From positions 279,844 through 343,843 of the forward strand of contig CAVOXA010000022.1 in assembly GCA_963700285.1 (NCBI GenBank): a stretch of 64,000 nt of DNA. Direction: 5' to 3'. A program made the position numbers and the translations under genes. Of the stretch, positions 10,780 through 19,373 are shown one piece after another. Source of the stretch: an uncultured Chloroflexia bacterium (GTDB lineage Bacteria > Chloroflexota > Anaerolineae > JAAYZQ01). How positions within the stretch are numbered: position 1 is the stretch's first letter; the number at the start of each line of letters is the position of its first letter. The notes below the pieces were generated by a model. It was not told the origin of the DNA. It ran no database searches and saw nothing but the letters and a program-made list of their open reading frames with translations.

Positions 10780-11736
10780 ATGCATCGCTACATCATACAG
10801 CGCCTGCTGACTTCGATCCCCATCGTGCTGGGGATCACCTTTGTCACCTTTCTGATCATCAATGCCGCGCCGGGCGATCCGGTGGACCTGATGGTCAACC
10901 CCATGGCCGGCGTGTCTCCCGAGGCCGTCGAAGCCAGGCGGGAGGCCCTGGGTCTCAACGAGCCCCTGCTGGTGCGCTATGCGCTCTGGCTCAAGGAGGT
11001 TGCCAGCGGCAACCTGGGCTATTCGTTGGTCAACCGCGAGCCGGTGTTGGACCGTATCGGCCGCCGGCTGTGGCCGACGATCCAGCTCATGGGCACGGCC
11101 CTGCTCTTGGGAGTCGTCATTGGCATTCCCCTGGGGGTACTCTCGGCCATCCGCCGCTATTCCTTCCTGGACCATTTCTCCACGGTCATGGCCTTCCTGG
11201 GGGTCTCGAGCCCGAGCTTTTTTCTGGGACTCGGCGCCATCTATTTCCTGTCCCTCAAGCTCGATCTGCTGCCGACCGCCGGCATGCAGACCCTGGGCGC
11301 GCCCTATTCACTCCTCGACCGGCTCCACCATCTCATCCTGCCGGCTCTGGTCCTTTCGGTGGGCACCACGGCCTCGCTGATGCGCTACACGCGCTCCAGC
11401 ATGCTCGAGGTCATTGCCCAGGACTATATCACCACCGCCCGCGGCAAGGGCCTGAGGGAGCGCAGCATCGTCATCGGCCATGCCCTGCGCAACGCCCTGC
11501 TGCCGGTGATCACCATCCTGGGCCTCAGCCTGGCGACGATCTTTGGCGGCGCGGTGATCACCGAGCAGATCTTTCAGTGGCCGGGCATTGGCATGCTGAC
11601 CATCCAATCGGTCACCGCGCGGGATTACCCGGTTCTCATGGGCCTGACCTTTTTCACCGCCATCCTGGTCTTTCTCGGCAACCTGCTGGCGGATATCGCC
11701 TACTCCTTTGCCGACCCACGCATCGTGTACAAATAG
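10780..11736 (+). CDS. Peptide ABC transporter permease (DppB/OppB-like)
   Basis: APGDPV, RSSMLEV..QDYITTARGKGL EAA loop, RDYPVLMG. Confidence 0.92.
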   Translation: MHRYIIQRLLTSIPIVLGITFVTFLIINAAPGDPVDLMVNPMAGVSPEAVEARREALGLNEPLLVRYALWLKEVASGNLGYSLVNREPVLDRIGRRLWPTIQLMGTALLLGVVIGIPLGVLSAIRRYSFLDHFSTVMAFLGVSSPSFFLGLGAIYFLSLKLDLLPTAGMQTLGAPYSLLDRLHHLILPALVLSVGTTASLMRYTRSSMLEVIAQDYITTARGKGLRERSIVIGHALRNALLPVITILGLSLATIFGGAVITEQIFQWPGIGMLTIQSVTARDYPVLMGLTFFTAILVFLGNLLADIAYSFADPRIVYK

Positions 11737-11743
11737 GACGGGT

Positions 11744-12703
11744 ATGCCGCCGACAGAAGGTCAGCCCTCAGAAGAAGAAAAGGTCCCGGCGAGCCAACCG
11801 GCAGTCCTGTCCGTCCGCGGCCCGGACGTGGCGGCTGTATCGTCCAAGCCGCTGACCATGCGCGCCCTGGTCTGGCGCCGCTACAAGCGCCACGTCCCGG
11901 CCATGATCAGCAGCGCCGTCTTGCTGATCCTGATCCTCATGGCCATCTTTGCTCCCCAGGTGACCGGGCACTGCGACCCCTATGCCAACAACCTCAAGCA
12001 CTTTCGGGCACCACCCGGTGAGGGCTATCCCCTGGGAACCGACACGCTGGGGCGCGATGTGTACTGCCGCCTGGTCTATGCCAGCCGGGTGTCCCTCTCT
12101 GTCGGCCTGGTCGCCGTCTCCATCTCACTCCTGATCGGCACCATCCTGGGCGTCATCGCCGGCTATACCGGTGGGCCTGTCGATGCCTTTGTGATGAGGT
12201 TGTCCGACGTGGTCCTTTCCTTCCCCCTGCTGATGATCATCATTGTGATCGTCAGCGTCGTGGGACCCAGCGTCTACAACGTCATGGTGGTCATCGGCCT
12301 GCTGAGCTGGCCGGCCGTGGCCCGCCTGGTCCGCGGCAACGTCCTATCGCTGCGCGAGCAGGACTTTATTATCGCTGCCCGGGCCTCAGGCGTGCCCGAC
12401 CGGCGCATCGCCCTGCGCCACATCCTGCCCAACACCATCGCCGAGGTCGTGGTCGCCGGAACCTTTGGCGTGGCCGCGGCCATCCTCATCGAGGCCGGCC
12501 TGAGTTTTCTCGGCATGGGCGTCCAGCCGCCCATGGCCAGTTGGGGCAACATGCTCATCGACGCCCAGTCCCTGACCATCCTGGAGTCGATGCCCTGGCT
12601 CTGGATCCCGCCCGGGCTCATGATCGCCCTGGCTGTCCTCAGCATCAATTTCGTAGGCGACGGCCTCCGCGATGCCCTCGATCCCCGCAGCCTGGTCGAC
12701 TAA
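11744..12703 (+). CDS. Peptide ABC transporter permease (DppC/OppC-like)
   Basis: LGTDTLGRDV, REQDFIIAARASG, HILPN, GDGLRDALDP. Confidence 0.92.
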   Translation: MPPTEGQPSEEEKVPASQPAVLSVRGPDVAAVSSKPLTMRALVWRRYKRHVPAMISSAVLLILILMAIFAPQVTGHCDPYANNLKHFRAPPGEGYPLGTDTLGRDVYCRLVYASRVSLSVGLVAVSISLLIGTILGVIAGYTGGPVDAFVMRLSDVVLSFPLLMIIIVIVSVVGPSVYNVMVVIGLLSWPAVARLVRGNVLSLREQDFIIAARASGVPDRRIALRHILPNTIAEVVVAGTFGVAAAILIEAGLSFLGMGVQPPMASWGNMLIDAQSLTILESMPWLWIPPGLMIALAVLSINFVGDGLRDALDPRSLVD

Positions 12704-12719
12704 CTCTTTCTACCCAAAA

Positions 12720-13713
12720 CAGAAAACGGCGATAAATCGCCGACTACAAACGGTTGCGCGCAAGGCGGAGCCCGTTCGTAGTGCGCGATTCATCGCGCTG
12801 TCCTGGGTGCAAGTCAAGGTGCAGGCACAGAAAACGGCGATAAATCGCCGACTACGAACGGTTGCGCGCAAGGCGGAGCCCGTTCGTAGTGCGCGATTCA
12901 TCGCGCTGTCCGGTGCAGTCGAGGTGAGGAACGGCGATAAATCGCCGACTACAAACGGTTGCAGCGCTCAGAACACCGCGCAGCAGGCGATAAATCGCCG
13001 ACTACAAACGGTTGCGCGCAAGGCGGAGCCCGTTCGTAGTGCGCGATTCATCGCGCTGGTCTTGGCGGGAGTCAAGGTACAGGCACAGAAAACGGCGATA
13101 AATCGCCGACTACAAACGGTTGCGCGCAAGGCGGAGCCCGTTCGTAGTGCGCGATTCATCGCGCTGGTCTTGGCGGGCAGCGAGTCGAAGGTAGTCAGGC
13201 ACAGAAAACGGCGATAAATCGCCGACTACAAACGGTTGCGCGCAAGGCGGAGCCCGTTCGTAGTGCGCGATTCATCGCGCTGGTCTTGGCGGGAGTCAAG
13301 GTACAGGCACAGAAAACGGCGATAAATCGCCGACTACAAACGGTTGCGCGCAAGGCGGAGCCCGTTCGTAGTGCGCGATTCATCGCGCTGTCCTTGGTGC
13401 AAGTCGAGGTGTAGGCACAGAACACGGCGATAAATCGCCGACTACAAACGGTTGCGCGCAAGGCGGAGCCCGTTCGTAGTGCGCGATTCATCGCGCTGGT
13501 CTTGGCGGGAGTCAAGGTAGCAGGCACAGAAAACGGCGATAAATCGCCGACTACGAACGGTTGCGCGCAAGGCGGAGCCCGTTCGTAGTGCGCGATTCAT
13601 CGCGCTGGTCTTGGCGGGGGACAAGGAGTAGGCGCCGAAAACGGCGATGAATCGCCGACTACAAACGGTTGCGTGCAAGGCGGAGCCCGTTCGTAGTGCG
13701 CGATTCATCGCGC
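12720..13713. repeat. Second array of the same GTAG-type REP family, ~108-bp units (10 copies of one REP, 9 of its partner)
   Basis: Repeats of CGGCGATAAATCGCCGACTAC and GTAGTGCGCGATTCATCGCGC between convergent genes. Confidence 0.9.
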
Positions 13714-13738
13714 TCTCTTCTCCTCTGTCCTCTCTCCC

Positions 13739-14728
13739 TCAGCCCAGCGCCACCCTCCGGCCCGTCCGCCACGACCGCAGCGCCGCGTCAATGATCTCCA
13801 TCGACACGATCGCCTCTGCCGCGGGGCTTTCGGGCGCCCGTTTGCCCTCCACGGCATCCAGAAAGGCCTGGTGTTCCAGCTCGTACAGCCTGTCCGTCTC
13901 GACGGGGATCCGCTCCTCGCGCTCCGAGCGCGCCTCTTTGTTGCCAATGCGGACCGTCCCCCGATCCATGTCACACAGCGCCCACCCCTCGTCGCCTACC
14001 ACCTCGCAGGCGTGCCGCTGCGGCATCTGCACATAGTTCAGCTCGATGGTGGTCACCAGGGGCGCCTCATAATCGCAGACCAGCGACAAAAAGTTGGGAT
14101 TGGCGCTGAATTCCATGTCGCCGCCCTGGCTGGCGACCATGTAGACGCCCTTTGGTTTGGCTCCCAGCAGCCAGAACAGCACGTCCGGCTGGTGGGCATA
14201 GTCCATCAGCAGCGCGCCCTCCATCTCGGCCTGGTACCGCGAGCCCGAGTTCACCAGCGTGATGTAGGAACCGACCTGGTAGTGGACCTGCAGGACCGTC
14301 CCCAACGCCCCGGCCTCGATCAGCGCCTTCAGCCGCCTGATCACCGGATGAAAGTGCAGGGAAAAGCCGATGTTCAGGATGGCCCTGGACGTCCCGGCAG
14401 CGGCCTGCATCTTGAAGGCGTCCGCCAGGTTGTCGCTCATTGGCTTCTCGCACAGGACGTGCACGTCTTGCGCCAGCGCTTGCACGGTCTGCTCGCAGTG
14501 CAGGTGATGGGGAGTGGCGATGAGCACCATGTCCGGCCCCGTGGCCAGGGCCTCGTCGTAGGAGGTATAGAGCGGCATCTCGCCGAACTGCTCAAAGGCC
14601 AGCCTGGCCGTCGCCGCGTCCGGTTCGCAGGCGCGGACCTCCAGGTCGCCCCTGGCCTTGAGCAAACGCGCGTGGCGCCGCCCGATGGAGCCCAGGCCAA
14701 CGACGACAATGCTCCGCCTCAGTGCCAT
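13739..14728 (-). CDS. Gfo/Idh/MocA family oxidoreductase
   Basis: VVGLGSIGRRH, IATPHHLH, LCEKPM. Confidence 0.88.
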   Translation of the reverse strand: MALRRSIVVVGLGSIGRRHARLLKARGDLEVRACEPDAATARLAFEQFGEMPLYTSYDEALATGPDMVLIATPHHLHCEQTVQALAQDVHVLCEKPMSDNLADAFKMQAAAGTSRAILNIGFSLHFHPVIRRLKALIEAGALGTVLQVHYQVGSYITLVNSGSRYQAEMEGALLMDYAHQPDVLFWLLGAKPKGVYMVASQGGDMEFSANPNFLSLVCDYEAPLVTTIELNYVQMPQRHACEVVGDEGWALCDMDRGTVRIGNKEARSEREERIPVETDRLYELEHQAFLDAVEGKRAPESPAAEAIVSMEIIDAALRSWRTGRRVALG

Positions 14729-15519
14729 ATGCTGAATCCTCCGTCGACCACCAGGTTGTCGCCCGTCACATAGTCCGACGCGGCTGAGGCCAGGAACAGC
14801 GCCGCCGCCTTGAGGTCGACGCCGTCGCGCCCCATGCGGCCCAGGGCGGTGCGCTCGCTGTAGGCGTCGATGAAGGCCTGCGGCTGGCCCCGTTCAAAGC
14901 CCCCCGGCGAGATGGCGTTTACGTACACGCCATGGGGCGCCAGGTAGGCGGCCAGGTCCTTGGTCATGCCGATGACGCCGGACTTGGCCGCGGCATAGTC
15001 CACCGGCTGTTGGGCCAGCCCCGTGCGCACGTACATGCCCCGGTCCCGGCCTACCAGGCCGGCGATGGAGGCGATGTTGATGATCTTGCCGCTGCCCTGC
15101 GCCGCCATCCGCTTGCCGACCTCCTTGCAGCAATAGAGCGCCCCGGTCAGGTTGGTGGCGATCAGGTTGCTGATGTCCTGGGGCGAGCGTTCGAACAGGT
15201 CCGTGGAGCCCTGCCCCCCGCCTCCCCCGGCGTTGTTGATCAGGACGTCGACGCGCCCCTTCCAGTCATAGGCCGCCCGCGCCATCTCCGCCACCTGCTC
15301 ATAGTCGCGCACGTCCAGTTGCAGCGGCAATACCTCTACCCCGTGGGCCGCCCGTAGCTGCGCCGCCGCCTGCTCGGCGCTGGCCAGGCTCCGGGAAGTG
15401 ATGACCAGGTCCGAGCCCGCCTCGGCCAGCGCCCCGGCCATATCGAAGCCCAGCGTTCGGGCGCCGCCCGTGACAATGGCCACCTGGCCCTTCAGGCTAA
15501 AAGAATCGATCACGCTCAT
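14719..15519 (-). CDS. Short-chain dehydrogenase/reductase (gluconate 5-dehydrogenase-like)
   Basis: VTGGARTLG, NNAG, NIAS, YAAAK, VNAISPGG. Confidence 0.9.
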   Translation of the reverse strand: MSVIDSFSLKGQVAIVTGGARTLGFDMAGALAEAGSDLVITSRSLASAEQAAAQLRAAHGVEVLPLQLDVRDYEQVAEMARAAYDWKGRVDVLINNAGGGGGQGSTDLFERSPQDISNLIATNLTGALYCCKEVGKRMAAQGSGKIINIASIAGLVGRDRGMYVRTGLAQQPVDYAAAKSGVIGMTKDLAAYLAPHGVYVNAISPGGFERGQPQAFIDAYSERTALGRMGRDGVDLKAAALFLASAASDYVTGDNLVVDGGFSIWH

Positions 15520-15734
15520 GTTTTGAGATCCTCCTCAATGTGTGGTTTCGGGTCCCTGGAAATCCTATTCTATGCCAGATCCTTCTGCTTTGCAAGTTCC
15601 GCGCCAGGCCTTTGGTGGCATTCTCGTCAGGGGGCGTGGGTGCGATTCTGGCACCGCCGTAAACAGGCGGTGCTGGGCAGGCTTCTGGCGATTTCAGTGC
15701 CTAGCACCGGCCCTTTTAGGATACTGTTGGCTTA

Positions 15735-15875
15735 TTACACCAGAGATCTGGTCAACTCCCGGCTTCAAGGACGTCTGGCTGCTCCGCGGCCTCACCCACG
15801 ACGGCCAGGCGGTCACCGCCATCCCCTACGCCTACTGGGCCAACCGCGGCCGGTCAAAGATGACGGTGCTGGTTC
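15735..15875 (+). pseudogene. C-terminal remnant of a GH127 (beta-L-arabinofuranosidase-like) gene
   Basis: VTAIPYAYWANRGRSKMTV resembles the GH127 C-terminal AIPY..W.NRG...M.VW motif; no upstream gene body. Confidence 0.55.
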
Positions 15876-15987
15876 TGGTATCGGGATCTTTTGTACTGGG
15901 AAACTCTATGAGGGAGAAGCCAGGCCTGGCAGGCTATGCGCACCGCGTACACGCTGCCAGGCCTTTGAGGGGGGAGGGCACTAGAAC

Positions 15988-16236
15988 TCAAGCGGTCCGC
16001 CCAAGCTTTCCATCTAGGGGCAACTCGCTGGTCGTACTCTCCTGCTCCAGCCAGGCACCTACCACCGAGAGCAGGTGCCCTGCCTCGCCCATCAGGCGCC
16101 GGCCCAGGCGGGATACCCGTTCCAGGGACTTGGTGCCCGACGTGCGGGAGAGACGCCAGCTCGCTGCTTCGTCCTCTGATTCTTTTCGGTACTGGTCTAC
16201 GATCATCATTCCCAGGTATGGATCCATCGGCAACAT
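15988..16236 (-). CDS. Small hypothetical protein (82 aa), paralog 3 of 3
   Basis: AGGAGGTG RBS before ATG 16236; SRLGRRLMGEAGHLLSVVGAWLE motif shared with neighbours. Confidence 0.65.
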   Translation of the reverse strand: MLPMDPYLGMMIVDQYRKESEDEAASWRLSRTSGTKSLERVSRLGRRLMGEAGHLLSVVGAWLEQESTTSELPLDGKLGRTA

Positions 16237-16375
16237 GTTGCACCTCCTCAGGCTAGTACTACCGTTGTTTACCCCTTGAGCGGAACTGCGCTCGTTTTCC
16301 CGGCAGGGTGATGAAAAGAGGCCCAGGTCATCCATCTTCTGCGGCTTTCTGCCAGGCCTGGGCCGGGCTGCCAGG

Positions 16376-16624
16376 TCACGACGTCGCTCTCATCTGGTCG
16401 GCTCGTGCTGCCTTGCCTGGTACGCCTTGTAGTTCGAGCCAGGTGCCCAGTCTTTGCAGGCTATGGCCCGACTGGCGGAACAGGCGGCTCACCATGCCTG
16501 CCAACCAGCCCTGGGCCCCAGCTTTGCTTTCCTGCCCGAGGCGGGAAGCTTCTGCCTCCTGCTGCGCTTGGCGTACGCTGTCGTTCATCAATCGTTCGGC
16601 CCAATACAGGTCCTCGCCCAGCAT
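16376..16624 (-). CDS. Small hypothetical protein (82 aa), paralog 2 of 3
   Basis: AGGAGGTG RBS; GWLAGMVSRLFRQSGHSLQRLGTWLE. Confidence 0.65.
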   Translation of the reverse strand: MLGEDLYWAERLMNDSVRQAQQEAEASRLGQESKAGAQGWLAGMVSRLFRQSGHSLQRLGTWLELQGVPGKAARADQMRATS

Positions 16625-16676
16625 CTGTCACCTCCTACCATCATCTGTCTCTCCAGGTTCTGTTGAGAGCCCACCC

Positions 16677-16919
16677 CTAGCCGCTCCAGCTCATCCGTGT
16701 GTCCAAGGATGACCCGGGCCATGCGCCATTCCGGTCCAGCCACGCCTCTGCGCATGAGAGCAGATACCCAGATCTATCGAGGAGGCGGCGGCCCCGGCGC
16801 GACAGCCACCCCCGCGGGCTGAGGGCGTCCCGATCCAGATATATCGCATTCGCTCCCTGCGCCTTGGCGCGGCGCGATGCCACAAAAATGCCTGCCGACC
16901 GTTCGTTTGTACCGTTCAT
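16677..16919 (-). CDS. Small hypothetical protein (80 aa), paralog 1 of 3
   Basis: GAGGAG RBS; GWLSRRGRRLLDRSGYLLSCAEAWLD. Confidence 0.55.
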   Translation of the reverse strand: MNGTNERSAGIFVASRRAKAQGANAIYLDRDALSPRGWLSRRGRRLLDRSGYLLSCAEAWLDRNGAWPGSSLDTRMSWSG

Positions 16920-16998
16920 CAGGGCTCCTCTTCGTCAGGGGTTCGAGCCTGACTATACACATGAACGAGGGCTGGGCCCGATTTCCGGCAGGCCAAGC

Positions 16999-17031
16999 AA
17001 AAAAGAGCCCCTGGTAACAAACCAGGGGCTC
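16999..17031 (-). terminator. Rho-independent terminator after the S8 protease gene
   Basis: Minus strand GAGCCCCTGG-loop-CCAGGGGCTC followed by T6. Confidence 0.8.
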
Positions 17032-17061
17032 GCTGGCTCCGTGCCAGCCTGGCCAGGCTGG

Positions 17062-19200
17062 CTAGGGCACAGGCATACAGCGGTAGAGGCTGGCCAGGAC
17101 GTCGATCACGCCATCGCCGGTGGGCGCGCCGCAGCGGACCGCCGTAAAGACGTCCGAGGGCGGCACCCAGGTTTCCGTGCCAGGGGTGCCGGTGGTCGCC
17201 TTGTCTTGGATCAGGGCGGCCAGCCCGCTGACCAGCGGCGCGGCAAACGAGGTGCCGCTCCAGTGGGCGTAGCCGATCTTGCCCTCAAAGATGTGTTGCG
17301 CAAAGCTGGTGAGACCCACGTCGCACTCGCCCTTGCATTTGTTGACGACCGACATGCACGTGGTCTCTGTCGCCTGATCGCAATACTCCCCGTTCAGGTT
17401 CGCTAATAGGTCTGTGTTCACTCCGCCATCCCCTGCCGGGGCAGAGACATCGCCCCAGTTGGAGAAACAGGACCGTTGGCGGCTGATGTTGCTACCGGCA
17501 ACGCCGATTACCGAGGGATAGGCCGCCGGCAGGTGGGGTGCTCGCGGGATAGAGTCTACCCCGGAGTCGTTGCCTGCGGCTGCCACGACGACCGCGCCAT
17601 AGTCATGAGCCACTCGTATGGCTTCCTGAAGCGATTCGACCTTGTCCTCCACAAACACAGTCAGCGTCTCGTCGATGTACACATCCGCGCTCTTGGGCGG
17701 CCCCTCGGTGTCTTCTTCAGGAACCTTTTTGCCGGTTCCCCCGTTCTCGTCCTGTAGGGTGCATTCCCCGCCGCCTTCTCCAGTCTGCTCCTCATCTTCT
17801 TTCAGCACGATCTCGGTATCCGTCGAGGGCTTTTGCAGGCCCAGGCTGAGGTTGATGACGGCACCGTCCAGGGAATCCCGTCTAGTCTCGAATTCGGCGA
17901 CAAAGTTGAGCAGCGCCTCGTTCAGGGCGAACAGTTGGCCGCAACCAGTATCGTCCAGCACTTGCACCAGCATGATGTCAGCGTCTGGTGCCATGCCGTG
18001 GATCAGGCCGGACACGAACAAGCCGTGGTCGCGGACGTCCGCAACCGGCACGGTGAAGCTGGGCAACGTGGCGGGCGTCGACGGAGACATCAGCTCAAGT
18101 ACCCAGGCCGGGCTCACTCCGTCCTCGGCGGTCAGCGAGACCGTTGTCGTCCCCTTGTCCCAAGCAGAACCGGGGGTCCCGGGCTCGGGGACGGGGAAAG
18201 GCGAGGTATCGAACACGCCCGCCAGTACGCCGGCGCCGGTCGGCAGTTCTGTCAGCGGCATGGTGGCCGTGGGCCACGGGCTCAGGCCGATGTGTTTGAA
18301 AGCCCACTGGTCCCGGAACTGCTTGGTCGTCGCCTTGCTGGCGGTACCAAGGGGACTGGGCCCGATGCTGTGCTTGAGAATCTCTACGGTGTCCTTGCCC
18401 TGTTCCAGGGGGTCCGGCTGGTACCACTCAACGCTCTCAAAAGGGCTGGGCCCGTACGAGTAGGGGCTGGGTCCAATGCTGTGCTTGCTACCGCAGGAAC
18501 TCAGCCCCAGGAGCCCGGTCCAGTAGTTGGCGTCGGCATAGACGGGCTCGCGACCTCTGGCCTCCTCGAAGGCCTTGAGCGTTTCCGCCACCATCCCTCT
18601 GGTCTCAATGGTGTACAGCCTGGTTTGAAGCACCTCTCGGCCAGGATCGCTGCTCAGGCTGACCCGGCAAGTGCGGTGCTGGCTTAGTGTGATTGTCTCG
18701 GACACCTGATCGGCAACGAGGTTCATCACCTCCTCGTTCGGACCGGTGACGATGATCTGATCCTCGAGAAAGTAGGGCTGGGGCTCTGTCGTCCGTGGCT
18801 CGGGGTACTCTCCTTCGCAGGTGACAATGATCTGGGGCTCCTGCGGTGGCGCCTGTGTCGCCTGCGCTGGCTCTCTCGCCTCTTCTGGCTGCGCCAGCTT
18901 TTCCCATACGCTTGGGCCCAGGGTCATTGCCGCCAGCAGACACACTATGACGAACGCCACAACCAGTCCAGCGGCAAGGATTTTTAGGATGCGCCAGTGT
19001 TTCGCGGCGACGTCTTTTCCCCCGTTTTCGTCTTCTCTTCTGTTTTCGTGGCTGCTGGGTGCTATGCTGCTACTTTCCTCTTGCACCCCCCCACCTTTTC
19101 CGGATCCGGCCTCCCCTCGGGGCGCCGTGGCCCCCTCTGGAGCCTCGCTCCCTTCAGGCGCCGCGCTGTCGTTGGTTCCCATCTTCTTCTTGTCTGCCAT
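17062..19200 (-). CDS. Membrane-anchored S8 (subtilisin-like) serine peptidase
   Basis: Catalytic triad GVFDT, DHGLFVSG, GTSFAAP; oxyanion AAAGND; single TM near residues 70-95. Confidence 0.9.
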   Translation of the reverse strand: MADKKKMGTNDSAAPEGSEAPEGATAPRGEAGSGKGGGVQEESSSIAPSSHENRREDENGGKDVAAKHWRILKILAAGLVVAFVIVCLLAAMTLGPSVWEKLAQPEEAREPAQATQAPPQEPQIIVTCEGEYPEPRTTEPQPYFLEDQIIVTGPNEEVMNLVADQVSETITLSQHRTCRVSLSSDPGREVLQTRLYTIETRGMVAETLKAFEEARGREPVYADANYWTGLLGLSSCGSKHSIGPSPYSYGPSPFESVEWYQPDPLEQGKDTVEILKHSIGPSPLGTASKATTKQFRDQWAFKHIGLSPWPTATMPLTELPTGAGVLAGVFDTSPFPVPEPGTPGSAWDKGTTTVSLTAEDGVSPAWVLELMSPSTPATLPSFTVPVADVRDHGLFVSGLIHGMAPDADIMLVQVLDDTGCGQLFALNEALLNFVAEFETRRDSLDGAVINLSLGLQKPSTDTEIVLKEDEEQTGEGGGECTLQDENGGTGKKVPEEDTEGPPKSADVYIDETLTVFVEDKVESLQEAIRVAHDYGAVVVAAAGNDSGVDSIPRAPHLPAAYPSVIGVAGSNISRQRSCFSNWGDVSAPAGDGGVNTDLLANLNGEYCDQATETTCMSVVNKCKGECDVGLTSFAQHIFEGKIGYAHWSGTSFAAPLVSGLAALIQDKATTGTPGTETWVPPSDVFTAVRCGAPTGDGVIDVLASLYRCMPVP

Positions 19201-19373
19201 CGACTTTTCTCCCTTCTCTGCTGACCCAGCGGACGCGTCGTCCTCCTGGGTATCCGGCGAGGTCTCCGCTCCTCAGGACCGCATGTACTTCCAGACTATG
19301 AACGCCGAGCCTGCGGCTTTTCCGGCACTGGGATCCACTCTGGTATACTCCCCGGTCGGATTCGGCGGAGCTG

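Noticed and set aside
12672-13708. Repetitive ORFs (TAINRRLQTVARK...) and CRISPR interpretation
   Set aside because: Translations of the REP array; variable segments are related to one another
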